The notes under the pieces were generated by a model. It was not told the origin of the DNA. It was given only the letters and a program-made list of their open reading frames with translations, and did not search any database. The position numbers and the translations under genes are program-made. From Eledone cirrhosa (taxonomy: Eukaryota), in NCBI GenBank assembly GCA_964016885.1, contig OZ024754.1, forward strand, positions 15,810,001 through 15,874,000: a DNA stretch of 64,000 bases, given 5' to 3'. Of the stretch, positions 13,986 to 29,873 are shown piece by piece; position 1 is the stretch's first letter; the number at the start of each line of letters is the position of its first letter.

Positions 13986-14666
13986 ATGTTTTTCTCAGTT
14001 TATGATTACACGATATTATTAATTCCTGTCGCTTATTTAATAGGATATCCTTAGATTTCATTATTTCGAAAAGTTCTTGGGAACACAATCTACATTCATT
14101 TCTACTATTTTGATAAGGGGTGGCCCTTTTGAGCACACTCCAGGTCAGGTCATATTCTATATTCCTCTTTCTATAACTATTAATTTTTTCAGCTAGAGAT
14201 GTTGTATTAGCTAGTGCGGCATTTTAAAAACTATGTTTGTGGGTATTAAATCTTACCTTAAAATTGTTAGAGGTAGCTCCTATATATGAATAAATAGAGT
14301 CCTTAGTGTTAACTTTACATTTATATATTATGTTATTAACAAGGCAATTTCCTTTTAATGGACAGTTTGCCTTGTTTCTACAGTTACAACTTTTCGTGAA
14401 TCCTGTATCTGAGGAGATATTATGGCTAGTTTGATGTACTGGTGGTATACTTATGGTTTTTTTACATTTATATGCATTATAGGCACTTATATTTTGTTTT
14501 ATGTTTTTGGTTGTTGAGTAGGAGAATTTAACTGTTGATCTATTTAAGGTTCTACTAATTCTATATCACTATCTTGACCCTCACTATCTCCTGATTGGTC
14601 AATTCAAAACCTGTTCCCAAACAGACCTATTGTATTGAATCTTTGTTCTTATCAATAAACAAGTAT

Positions 14667-14806
14667 CATTATTTCTGAAGACAGCATATATATGTGTAGG
14701 TATGTATATTCCCTCTGATAGTTTGTATAAATATTGTACATAGATCTATAGAATATGCATACCAACTCTAACACATATATATCCTAGAAACGATCGTAAA
14801 ATAATG
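14667..14806 (+). ncRNA. Type I hammerhead ribozyme with expanded stem II
   Basis: Stem I CATTATTT/AAATAATG; core CTGAAGA at 14675-14681; ~105-nt stem II region closed by ATATATATGTGT/ACACATATATAT; GAAAC-GATC-GTA at 14787-14798. Confidence 0.6.
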
Positions 14807-15811
14807 AATTTTTTTTAATATAAGGAACTGTTTCTTTGTTTATTCATTATTTTTTTTATTATTTTTTTTTTATAATTTATATATATATATATGTGTGTGT
14901 GTGTGTATGTATGTATATATTTGTATGTATGTGTATATATATATGTGTGTATATATATATGTGTGTATATGTGTATGCATGTGTATGTATATATATGTGT
15001 ATATGTGTGTATATGTGTATATGTATGTATATGTGTATATGTATGTATATGTGTATATATGTGTATGTGTGTGTGTATGTATGTATGTATGTGTATGGAT
15101 GTATGTATATATATATATATATATGTATGTGTACATGTATGTGTGTATGTCTGTGTATGTATAAATATATATATATATATATGTATATGTATATATGCAT
15201 ATGTGTATATATGTATATATGTATATATATGTATATGTATGTATATGTATGTATGTGTGTATATATATATATATATAGATATGTATGTATATGTGTGTAT
15301 ATATATATATGTGTATATATGTATATGTATATATATATGTATATACATATATATGTGTGTGTGTTTGTGAATGTGTCTGTTGACATTTGGAATATAGCTT
15401 AAGAGAAACTTGAAGATAATGGTATGATAGGCACTCAATATTTTGAACTGGTCTATAGAATTCTCTAGGCCTTTGTCACTCTAAGTAGAACCTTAAAGAA
15501 TTAGCTTTTAAAGAATTTCCCTTTTCTTTAAATCCATCAACCATGACTGACCCCCAATGATCTTATAGTCACCTGAAATATAGGCATTGCTAACTTAAGA
15601 GAAACTTAAAAATAAGGAGTGGCACCCCATTCTGAACTTGTTTATAGAATTCTTTCTGCCTTTGTTACTCTAAATATAAATTATAGCTTTAAAGAATTAG
15701 CTTTTAATGAATTCCCTTTTTTATCAACCAATGACCTCTACCCATCCGACTCCCTACCCTCTCCTACCACCTGAAGAGATCTATAAATACCATATTTATT
15801 TTTTGATACCC

Positions 15812-15862
15812 AGATTCCTGATGATTTCTAAAGAATGAAACAGTTCTAGTCCTGTAGAATCT
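15812..15862 (+). ncRNA. Type I hammerhead ribozyme
   Basis: AGATTC-CTGATGA-tTTCtaaaGAAt-GAAACAG-ttctagtc-CTGTA-GAATCT: intact core, three stems, GUA cleavage triplet. A truncated reverse copy lies at ~9995-10039. Confidence 0.8.
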
Positions 15863-16029
15863 CATCTATATTAAAACTTTTATACTCTGCTATGTATTGA
15901 GTACCTTACTTACTGTGGTTACCTCCGATTCAACCCGGAACAACGTATATATATATATATATATCATCATCATCATCGTTTAACGTCTATCTTCCACGCT
16001 AGCATGGGTTAGACGAGAATTGTCCCACT

Positions 16030-17050
16030 TGAGGCAAGATCGGTCGACTACCCTCTGCAACTGCAGAAACCCCGAATCATGCCCCCTTAGTAATGAATGC
16101 CTTAAGAAGAACCTAGTATACGGTTGTAGGGTTAAAACCCCCAACTCCGAACACCTCTACATAGGAGCCACATCAACGAGCTTTAAAGACCGTTGGTATA
16201 ACCATCGCCACTCCTTCAATAAGGAGGCCAAAAGAAAAAGTACGGCTCTCTCCGACCTGATCTGGAAGCTTAAGCTGGACAGGACCCCGTACTCTCTGGC
16301 CTGGTCCATAATCAGGAAAGTACCACCCGATAAAGGGGGATCTAGCATATGCAAACTATGTCTGAACGAGACCCTCGAGATACTAAGAGGTGGAAGCCGC
16401 CTGATAAACCTCAGAACCGACTTCTTCGGCAACATGCAGACACCTCAAAACCGGGACCTTCCTCAAGATATATGGACAGTAGCAACACAATAAGATGTGA
16501 ACTCCCCTTAAGCTATAGGGACTTCTCCAGAACATGTAGACACCTCTCGGCCAGACCTCCCTCAAGCTATATGGGCAGTAACAACACCATAGGTTGGGAA
16601 CTCCCCTCAAGCCATAGGGACCAACCCAGGCTGAGCAGACACCATGATAGCCTAGAATTTGATTCTGACACAGCCTTTATAATTTGGCCAACATCTTTAT
16701 AACACACACACATTTTACTTTACTTGATTTTTCATTTTTGATTTTTCATTTGTTATTTATTTTCTGTTTTCTTCACTTTATCACCTTATATTTATATTTA
16801 AGTTGAGATTGGTTATAACACACACACATTTTATTTGATTATCCTATTTCGTTTTATTCTTTTACCATCTTGTTCCTCCTAACACTTTATCCAACATATT
16901 TCTGACCTTGAGATTGGTTATAGCACACACATTTTACCCAACAACATGTGTACTCGTCTCTACCACACTAATTCGGACTGCCTGAAGAGATCACAGCCAA
17001 AGATGGCTGTCACCGAAATATATATAGCAGTAATAAACGAAGCCAAATTT
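16030..17050 (+). mobile_element. Penelope-like element 3' fragment (GIY-YIG endonuclease plus tail)
   Basis: ORF 16020-16493: CNCRNPESCPL...NLVYGC...LYIGATSTSFKDRWYNH...LAWSII...CKLC. Confidence 0.88.
16977..17031 (+). ncRNA. Minimal type I hammerhead ribozyme in a Penelope tail
   Basis: ACTGC-CTGAAGA-gatc-ACAGCC-aaagat-GGCTGT-cacc-GAAA-tatat-ATA-GCAGT, followed directly by AATAAA. Confidence 0.75.
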
Positions 17051-17249
17051 TAAACATTTGACTTATTTATTTTATTTTATTTTATATATATATATATATA
17101 GTAAAAAATGGGACCCTAAACAGTGAAGGTCAGTAATTTATTACTACCTTATTACCAGTAAGACAAATAGCTCAATGTAATAACATCAGTTGTTCTACAG
17201 AGCAGTTATATAGAATTCACAAGAATCAAAGCTATGTTCAAAGCATTTA

Positions 17250-18500
17250 TTCACTTACAATTGTTTCATCCAAACCTAGGCTTGAAGTCTTCGGAGCATT
17301 TTTCAATGTTTGTACACATAATTGACCTCCTTTCCAACGCAAGAGACATACAGAGACATATGTATATATTGATGTAGAGTGGAGTGACATATATTATATT
17401 ATATTATTTCTGTATAGCAATTCAAATTCAAAATCAAAATCAAATTAAAACAAAATTAAAACAAAATTAAAATACATTAAAACATAGATAATGCAAGAGG
17501 ATAGTTTGTTAGTCAGATGTAGTAGTTATTGTATGCGTTAGTTACACGTGTGGCATGCACGTGTGTCTCATTTATATATGATTATTGTGTGGCAGGGTGT
17601 TACATGTAATAGAAGCACTTTAAGCGGGTAAGTAAGAGTATTATGGAGGTTGTAGTGGTAAGGTTTTTTTGTATATAATAAAAAAGTATGTGTGCAGAAA
17701 AAATAAAAATAAAAAGGAGAAGCAAAAGAAAGTTATGGTTTTCGTATCCACCACCATTTTCACATTCAGGAAATGTAATATATAGTTTATACATCGATCA
17801 CATAATTAACGATGATTCCGTATTGGATGTTTGATGCATTAAATTAAATTATTTTAGCTTGTTGCGGCTCAGTGTTCTTTAATCCAATTTTATAGAGCAG
17901 GTTGTTTCTGCTGCGAGAATTTACATCTGTTTATTATCCGGAAGTATGTGTGTAATTAATTGAGTTAATGCGTGAGAGGAGGTAACTAGCTGATTTCCAT
18001 AACTAAATTTATTGTTCTAACATACATTATAAGGTATCTCAATTGAGTCCCTTATATAGACGGTTATATATTCAGTTTCCAATTTTAAATACAGTCTACT
18101 CTATCATGATGTACTAAAGGTATTTATATTAGGATGATTACTCCTTATCATAGAGTGCTACAACTGAATATTCCATACAAAGAGCCATATCTTTATATCA
18201 AAGTTCTTTGCAAATGTAGTCTACTCACAGAACATGTCAGGGGACCTATTAGAACTATGTCAACATAACCCCTGGTAAGTTCTGGAGCAGCGTATGGTTG
18301 TTTGCATGGCAAAGCCAAATATATCTCTAGAGCAGACAAAAACATCCTCATTTACAATGTCATTAATCTATCCATCAAGTTATACATGCATATATAACTC
18401 ACATACCATTCATACATAATTCATTGCACTCAACACATAGGTTATACAGATCTCTTATATTAATAAATTAATCTTATATATATCCAATGTTATCACTCTA
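17250..18500 (-). mobile_element. Highly degenerate Penelope-like remnant
   Basis: Minus-strand ..AL*NWIKEH GIY-YIG-like remnant at ~17870-17900, and a mutated hammerhead (CCGAAGA...GAAACAATTGTA) at ~17251-17300. Confidence 0.4.
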
Positions 18501-18815
18501 TACATACAAATACATTTGCACAAATAATTCATTGTCGAATCTGGTATTTAAAGCTTACATAGACTGTATTGTATGACTATATAACTATAAGTAATTTAAA
18601 GTAATTATACTAAAAGTAGGTGTTTATGGGGATATTTCTAGGGTATAAAGTTATAGATAGATGGAATGATTAGTGTCGAGATAGGGTGGTTCAGAGAGCG
18701 TGGAGTTGTGGTGTAAGGTGTGCCCTTGAGGTGTGGTGTTAGAAGTGGTGACTATATATATATATATATATATATATAGTCACCACTTCTAACACTACAC
18801 CTCAAGGGCACACCT

Positions 18816-18869
<54 letters not shown>

Positions 18870-19445
18870 AAAAATATGGGGAGAAGAATACTGCATGGTT
18901 GCACATGGATAACATGTTATAAAATGAGTCCCTCATCAGTGATTTGCCAACGATCATTGGTATTTCATTGCATTAAAAATCATATACCTCACGTTGGTGC
19001 AATAATAACTAAAATAAGTTATTAGGACAATTGAAACGCGTAAAACGAGTGAGACAAGTAAACAACACAGGGGAAAGCTAACCGAAGATAGGAAGAAATA
19101 CAAGCTACATGGTTATTCTATCAGTATAAGCTGGGTGAATATATGAGCGAGTAAGAAATAGACCTGCCGCTAGTGAATCCGATGTGAGAAAGAAGGAAAA
19201 TCGTTTTCGTAGCGAACGGGGGGAAGTGAGAAGGGGAGAAACGGTGAGTGAGTGAGTGGAAGTGCGAGGAAGAGGTCAGTAGAGAGAAAGTGTTAACTGA
19301 CATGACAGAAGGGACGAAAGAAAGTAAGAGAAACAGAGAGAACGAGGGAGCAGTAAGAGAGAAAGAGAGAAACACAGAATCGCATGCATATATATATATA
19401 TATATATAATATAAGATCAAAAGATGGTTAAAGGAGTTCCATATA

Positions 19446-19512
19446 TTTTATTATGCGCATTTCAAAAACAAACATCATCAAGCAATAATATTTGTGTTTT
19501 CATCAGATAAAA
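19446..19512 (-). ncRNA. Minimal type I hammerhead ribozyme
   Basis: Minus strand reads TTTTAT-CTGATGA-AAACACAAATATTATT-gct-TGATGATGTTTGTTTTT-GAAA-tgcgc-ATA-ATAAAA, with a short palindromic stem III (ATGCGCAT). Confidence 0.75.
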
Positions 19513-19611
19513 CAGGAGAACATGATATGAAGGCTAAAAAAACACTTGTTGATAGTGCAGTTTTAAATCAACATATTGCTTTATTGTACTACAATAAAAC
19601 TCACCTCCTAC

Positions 19612-19677
<66 letters not shown>

Positions 19678-20869
19678 ATATATATATATATATTGTATAT
19701 GAGGATGTTAAATATGGTGAATTCTAGGATTTTTCCATTTTATGACCTTGATGTAGAGAAATAGGAGGGCAGAAGGTTAATAGCTGTTAAGCTACAGTTA
19801 CCTGTAGTACACTTACACCTAATACATGTAGGTGAACTATATACATCTGTATATCTAAAATAAGCGAAGACAAACAAGTGAAAGCTGTTTATCAAAATAT
19901 CATTGCAGAAGTCATCCCTATATTGAAATTAATGTATTACTTTTAATCTTGATTACCAATGTATCCACCTAAGATAAAGTATCGATTTTTTTTGTTTGTA
20001 CTTGATTGATTATATAACCAACAATATTGATTAATATTTTTTGTTTGTACTTGATTGATTATGTAACCAACAATATTGATTAATATTTTTTTCCATATCA
20101 CGAATTATTTATCTATATTTCTGTATCGTTTTCCGTCTACAATGATACGACAGTGTTTGTACGAGTGATAAATGATATCTTTATATGTAAATATAGGTTT
20201 GTCATCTTCATGATAAGCAGTTGTATATTTCTGGTATGTGTGTGCGTACGTGTGATGTATATGGTGTGTGATGTGTATGATGTGTGGTGTGTGTGTACGT
20301 GTAATGTGTATGGTGTACGTGTGATATGTATGGTGTGTGTGTGTACGTGTGCTGAGTATATGTGCATGGTTTACGTTTGATTTGTATGGTAAGTGTGTGT
20401 GTGTACGTGTGATATGTGTAGGTGTGATGATATGTATGATATATGTGTTTGTATATGTAATGTGTATATGTGTGTGTGTAGGTGTGATATGTATAATACA
20501 TGAGTGTGTGTACGTGTGATATGCATTGTATATAAGTGTGTATGTGTGATGTGTATTGTGTACCTGATATCGTATATGTGTGTGTGCACGTGTGATAAGT
20601 TATACCGTTTGAACATATCTGAATTGAATCAGTGGAAGTTTAGTTATCCGATGGAAATTATATTTTATTCACTGTTGTATAAAAAGAGATATAACGATGC
20701 AATGCTTACAGAACTAAAGCACAAACAAATAAAGGAAAGGGAGAGGGAAAACAGAAAAAAAAACGAAAGGAAAAAGAAAGGAAAAAGAAAGAGAAAAAAA
20801 AAACACATCTGGAACCACATACAACAAAAGGCAGGCGAAAGGGGTGGACAACCGAGCCGCTACCAGAAT

Positions 20870-21512
20870 AAAAGATAACAGTATCGCGAGAGCCGGCAGA
20901 TCACGGTATTTTAGGATTTTGTTCCGTTCGGCTGCGGAAGCTGTGATTCTCGCCCTAACCGCAGCATCCAGGATGTGGGAAGAAGCAAAAATATCACTAA
21001 CTGTGACGTCCCAGAGAAGCACAGGGTAAGGCTGCCAGGTCTTTTCCCATCACTTGTAGACAACCCAGATGGTTCCAAGATTGAGGGGAGGTTTTCCCGG
21101 ACCAAAGCTTTCTTGAGAATAAGATTTAGCTCCGTGTGATGCGTGAAGCGACCGGCATTCAGGCGACAAGTAAGACCGTGGAGGCCTGTCGAGTCAAAGA
21201 ATTTGCCACATCGACACCTCAAACCCGTACAGACGTCAGCTCCCACTCTGAGGGCAATGGAAACACGAAGTTCGTCCAAGTTGAGTAGGCCACCATCGTT
21301 AGCCACGGGTACGACATCAACCCAGTCACTTGAGTATTTGGGGCCGCCAGACAGTAAAACTCCACCTTCTCAGGAACAGACAAACCCAACTCACTCCATC
21401 CAACTCCCTGTTGGAACTAGACAATGTTGGATAGGAGAGGATGTTGCTCACCGGGGTGGAGCAAGCGTGGGTGGGGGAAAGGAAGCAGCGAAGAGAGAGA
21501 AGGATGAACAAT
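20870..21512 (-). mobile_element. CRE-like non-LTR retrotransposon fragment (CCHC plus restriction-like endonuclease), left copy
   Basis: CRCG..D..G.HGL.C...GRF..H.ELN...EPSGL...DGKRP / LWDVTV.D..A.SH...AE..K..KY, frameshifted. Confidence 0.75.
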
Positions 21513-21631
21513 TAGTATATATTTTCCATAAGGCAAAATCCTAGAAGCCTGCTATATAGACGTGAAAGTAAAATGAGACTGACAAGGGTATATGTATGTG
21601 TGTGTGTGTATATATATATACACACACACAC

Positions 21632-21669
<38 letters not shown>

Positions 21670-21800
21670 GCAAAAGTTCTATTTAAAATTGTTGGGATAC
21701 AACAAGTAAATATTTTATAACTGATATAAAGCACTCGACAAGTTTTTGGAGTAGATATACGATATTAAATAAATGGAAACTATATTTATAAAACCATATT

Positions 21801-21865
21801 TATTTCATTATACATATTTCAGGGATACCAAATTAAAATATGGTATGCCTTCATCAGATAAAATA
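21801..21865 (-). ncRNA. Minimal type I hammerhead ribozyme (left arm of palindrome)
   Basis: Reverse complement of the 22026-22090 motif. Confidence 0.7.
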
Positions 21866-22025
21866 CAATATATAAACAGTTTTATAAATAATTTTGACGT
21901 ACCCTATTAGATGCAACCATTATTTTTGGAAGCTGTCTGGATAGCTATCCAGACAGCTTCCAAAAATAATGGTTGCATCTAATAGGGTACGTCAAAATTA
22001 TTTATAAAACTGTTTTTATATATTG

Positions 22026-22090
22026 TATTTTATCTGATGAAGGCATACCATATTTTAATTTGGTATCCCTGAAATATGTATAATGAAATA
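22026..22090 (+). ncRNA. Minimal type I hammerhead ribozyme (right arm of palindrome)
   Basis: TATTTTAT-CTGATGA-AGGcATACCA-tattttaatt-TGGTATcCCT-GAAA-tatgt-ATA-ATGAAATA. Confidence 0.72.
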
Positions 22091-22149
22091 AATATGGTTT
22101 TATAAATATAGTTTCCATTTATTTAATATCGTATATATATATATATATA

Positions 22150-25806
<3,657 letters not shown>

Positions 25807-25914
25807 CACACACATACATATACCCTTGTATTATATACGAGTCAGTCTCATTTTACTTTCACTTCTATATAGCAGGCTTCTAGGATTTTGCCTTATGGAA
25901 AATATATACTAAAA

Positions 25915-26680
25915 CATTTTTCAAAGATAACCTTAAAAGATAACACAATTTGAGTATTTAAAGTCAGACCCTCTCCTGAGTCCCGCGATCAGGCTGCATT
26001 ACCCAAGCGATTTGGAGGTCTTGGTCTTCGTAATTGTTCATCCTTCTCTCTCTTCGCTGCTTCCTTTCCCCCACCCACGCTTGCTCCACCCCGGTGAGCA
26101 ACTTCCTCTCCTATCCAACATTGTCTAGTTCCAACAGGGAGTTGGATGGAGTGAGTTGGGTTGGGTTTGTCTGTTCCTGAGAAGGTGGAGTTTTACTGTC
26201 TGGCGGCGCCAAATACTCAAGTGACTGGGTTGATGTCCTACCCGTGGCTAACGATGGTGGCCTACTCAGCTTGGACGAACTTCGTGTTTCCATTGCCCTC
26301 AGAGTGGGAGCTGATGTCTGTACGGGATGGAGGTGTCGATGTGGCAAACTCTTCGACTCGACAGGCCTCCACGGTCTTACTTGTCGCCTGAATGCCGGTC
26401 GCTTCATGCATCACACGGAGCTAAATCTTATTCTCAAGAAAGCTTTGGCCCGGGAAAACCTCCCCTCAATCTCGGAACCATCTGGGTTGTCCACAAGTGA
26501 TGGGAAAAGGCCTGGCAGCCTTACCCTGTGTTTCTCTGGGACGTCACAGTTAGTGATATTTTTGCTTCTTCCCACATCCTGGATGCTGCGGTTAGGGCGA
26601 GAATCACAGCTTCCGCAGCCGAACGGAACAAAATCCTAAAATACCGTGATCTGCCGGCTCTCGCGATACTGTTATCTTTT
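25915..26680 (+). mobile_element. CRE-like non-LTR retrotransposon fragment, right copy
   Basis: Mirror image of 20870-21512; ORFs 26244-26639 and 26528-26827. Confidence 0.75.
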
Positions 26681-27862
26681 ATTCTGGTAGCGGCTCGGTT
26701 GTCCACCCCTTTCGCCTGCCTTTTGTTGTATGTGGTTCCAGATGTGTTTTTTTTTTTTTCTCTTTCTTTTCCTTTCTTTTTTTCTTCTGTTTTCCCTCTC
26801 CCTCTCCTTTATTTGTTTGTGCTTTAGTTCTGTAAGCATTGCATCGTTATATCTCTTTTTATACAACAGTGAATAAAATATAATTTCCATCGGATAACTA
26901 AACTTCCACTGATTCAATTCAGATATGTTCAAACGGTATAACTTATCACACGTGCACACACACATATACGATACATATCAGGTACACAATACACATCACA
27001 CATACACACTTATATACAATGCATATCACACGTACACACACTCATGTATTATACATATCACACATACACACACACATATACACATTACATATACAAACAC
27101 ATATATCATACATATCATCACACCTACACATATCACACGTACACACACACACTTACCATACAAATCAAACGTAAACCATGCACATATACTCAGCACACGT
27201 ACACACACACACATCATACATATCACACGTACACCATACACATTACACGTACACACACACCATACACATCACACGTACACACACACACCATACACATCAC
27301 ACGTACACACACACATACCAGAAATATACAACTGCTTCTCATGGAGATGTTCGTAAACAAACCTATATTTACATATAAAGATATCATTTATCACTCGTAC
27401 AAACACTGTCGTATCATTGTAGACGGAAAACGATACAGAAATATAGATAAATAATTCGTGATATGGAAAAAAATATTAATCAATATTGTTGGTTACATAA
27501 TCAATCAAGTACAAACAAAAAATATTAATCAATATTGTTGGTTACATAATCAATCAAGTACAAACCAAAAAAATCGATACTTTATCTTAGGTGGATACAT
27601 TGGTAATCAAGATTAAAAGTAATACATTAATTTCAATATAGGGATGACTTCTGCAATGATATTTTGATAAACAGCTTTCACTTGTTTGTCTTCGCTTATT
27701 TTAGATATACAGATGTATATAGTTCACCTACATGTATTAGGTGTAAGTGTACTACAGGTAACTGTAGCTTAACAGCTATTAACCTTCTGCCCTCCTATTT
27801 CTCTACATCAAGGTCATAAAAAGGAAAAATCCTAGAATTCACCATATTTAACATCCTCATAT

Positions 27863-27911
<49 letters not shown>

Positions 27912-28100
27912 ATCAAGGTCATAAAATGGAAAAATCCTAGAATTCACCATATTTAACATCCTCATATACAATATATATATATATATATCCATCAAGGTCA
28001 TAAAATGGAACAATATATATATATATATATATTTTATGACCTTGATGGAGAGAAATAGGAGAGCAGAAGGTTAATAGCTGTTAAGCTACAGTTACCTGTA

Positions 28101-28144
<44 letters not shown>

Positions 28145-28159
28145 TACAGGTAACTGTAG

Positions 28160-28221
<62 letters not shown>

Positions 28222-29767
28222 TTCAAAATATTAATAAATATAGACATTCATGTGATCTAATATATTTTAATATGTATTCTTCAAAAAGCAGAGGTTGCCC
28301 GGTACTCCTCGCGAAAGACGAAACGGTCTTACCCTTTGGGTAAGAGATAGGTGTTTCATCTGGGACGCCACATATTTTAAAAGTTATTTATATAAAAAGG
28401 ACTAATAGGATTCTGCCATCGCTCTACCCTACACTCTATTACTATCATATATGCCAAACTAATTTGTTAAGTTTAGCTAGGAATAAAGCTCCCCCAAGAC
28501 AGAAATGGTTATAAGCGACGTTCATATTGTTCTCCAATATATTTGCTGTACTGACAAATGCACTCAGTTACTTGTATGACGTAACTACAGTGTTTTCCTA
28601 CGTCAAAACGAAAGTGATTATTTTGGACGTGGTGGGTATTATAGACAGATTTTGTGAGCTTTCTCTCTGTCGAACACACACACGCACACACACACACATT
28701 AGTATATATATGTACTTTTTTAATGTAAAAACAAGATCTTCTTCTTCTTCTTCTTCTTCTTGAGAGGGTCGTGGGAGCAGAGTCCTCAGACACTCCTTCC
28801 AGCGAGTACTGTCAGAAACAACCGTCTCCAACTGATCCGGCTAGACATTTATTCAATATACAAAATCTCTCAATATCACGAAAAGCCATTGATATTATAT
28901 AAAAATATTTTAGCAGTATCTAATAAAAACAAAACACACTATTAAAGGGGACAGAAAAGGAGATGAAAAAAGAGGGATCAAGTAACAAAAGAAAGGGAGG
29001 GGGACACTACACCCTCAGTCCAGGAATTGAACCCACAACCCCTTATGGTCGTAAGTCGAACACTCCTAACCACATGGCCATGCGAACAAGTTGTTCTGTT
29101 ATTCAAGCAACTGGGACGCTCGTCGACGGAACCGACTGAGATCCTCCACCTCCACCCTCAATTCTGATCTACTCATCAATTAGTAGAGGTCGAATCGATC
29201 TTGCCCACATTGTGTGTTGGTGGTTATGGGAGACCCAAGACACCCCCCCACTTTGTAATCCCAGTGATCCTCCCTCACCACCCTTTTTAAATTGTCATCT
29301 AGTAAACTTTTCACCGTTATACTTTTACGGTGTTAATTCTTAAAATCCTTTCTTGATCTCTTTTTTGATACACAACATATTACGGTATCTGAGAGGAATA
29401 AAGAGAAAACCCGTACACTCAATCACAGCCACAACAAGGGGTGCTAGACTTTCCTTCGAATAAAGTTGTGAGGCAATCCAACACACGCGCAGCCTTGCTG
29501 TGGGTAATAACAAGGCTAAGGTGTTGGATAACCAAGCATCAAATTCCTTCCCTGGGAGCCAAATGCCTTCTGTTTGAAAATCTCTGGTGTACACCAGATC
29601 GCACATTTCTCCTTTCTTTATTACTATATATATTGTACATTTAACTGTGATTTATTCCTCAATTAATAAAAGACGAATCGGATCCGCCCACATTGCGTGT
29701 ATGTGATACCACCTCATCCCCCTCTCTTTCTACTACTACTACTACACCTACTATGAATAGTCAGCTT

Positions 29768-29781
29768 TGACGTCACTTCCG
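29768..29781. promoter_or_regulatory. Overlapping CRE plus ETS motif, candidate cytochrome c promoter
   Basis: TGACGTCACTTCCG (reverse complement CGGAAGTGACGTCA) in apparently non-repetitive sequence, ~90 nt upstream of a splice donor. Confidence 0.5.
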
Positions 29782-29784
29782 CTG

Positions 29785-29873
29785 TAATTTCCCTGTCTTT
29801 TACCAGAGTGTGAGTCTAAGTGGTGGTAGTACTTGCTTATCTTTCGGCGAGGAACTAATATTTAATACACAAG
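29785..29873 (+). other. Putative non-coding first exon of cytochrome c
   Basis: ATG-free segment ending CACAAG|GTAAAT (donor at 29874). The cytochrome c coding exon starts one base before its ATG, so an upstream exon is required; this join gives caagGATG with A at -3. The start coordinate is approximate and the linkage is inferred. Confidence 0.4.

Larger units (their letters stand above)
12490..14870 (-). mobile_element. Penelope-like element remnant flanked by inverted pseudo-LTR copies
   Basis: Minus-strand ~14050-14410 translates CNCRNKANCPLKGNCLVNNIIYKCKV...SYIGATSNNFKVRF...LTWSVLKRATPY...CRLC. 12490-12960 is the reverse complement of 14545-14870; the left copy carries a SINE with TSD tagatctatgtacaata. 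Confidence 0.8.
21755..22135. repeat. Spacerless near-perfect palindrome with ~190-bp arms
   Basis: Centre ...CTGTCTGGATAG|CTATCCAGACAG... between 21944 and 21945; the arms differ by only a small indel in an A/T run. Confidence 0.95.
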
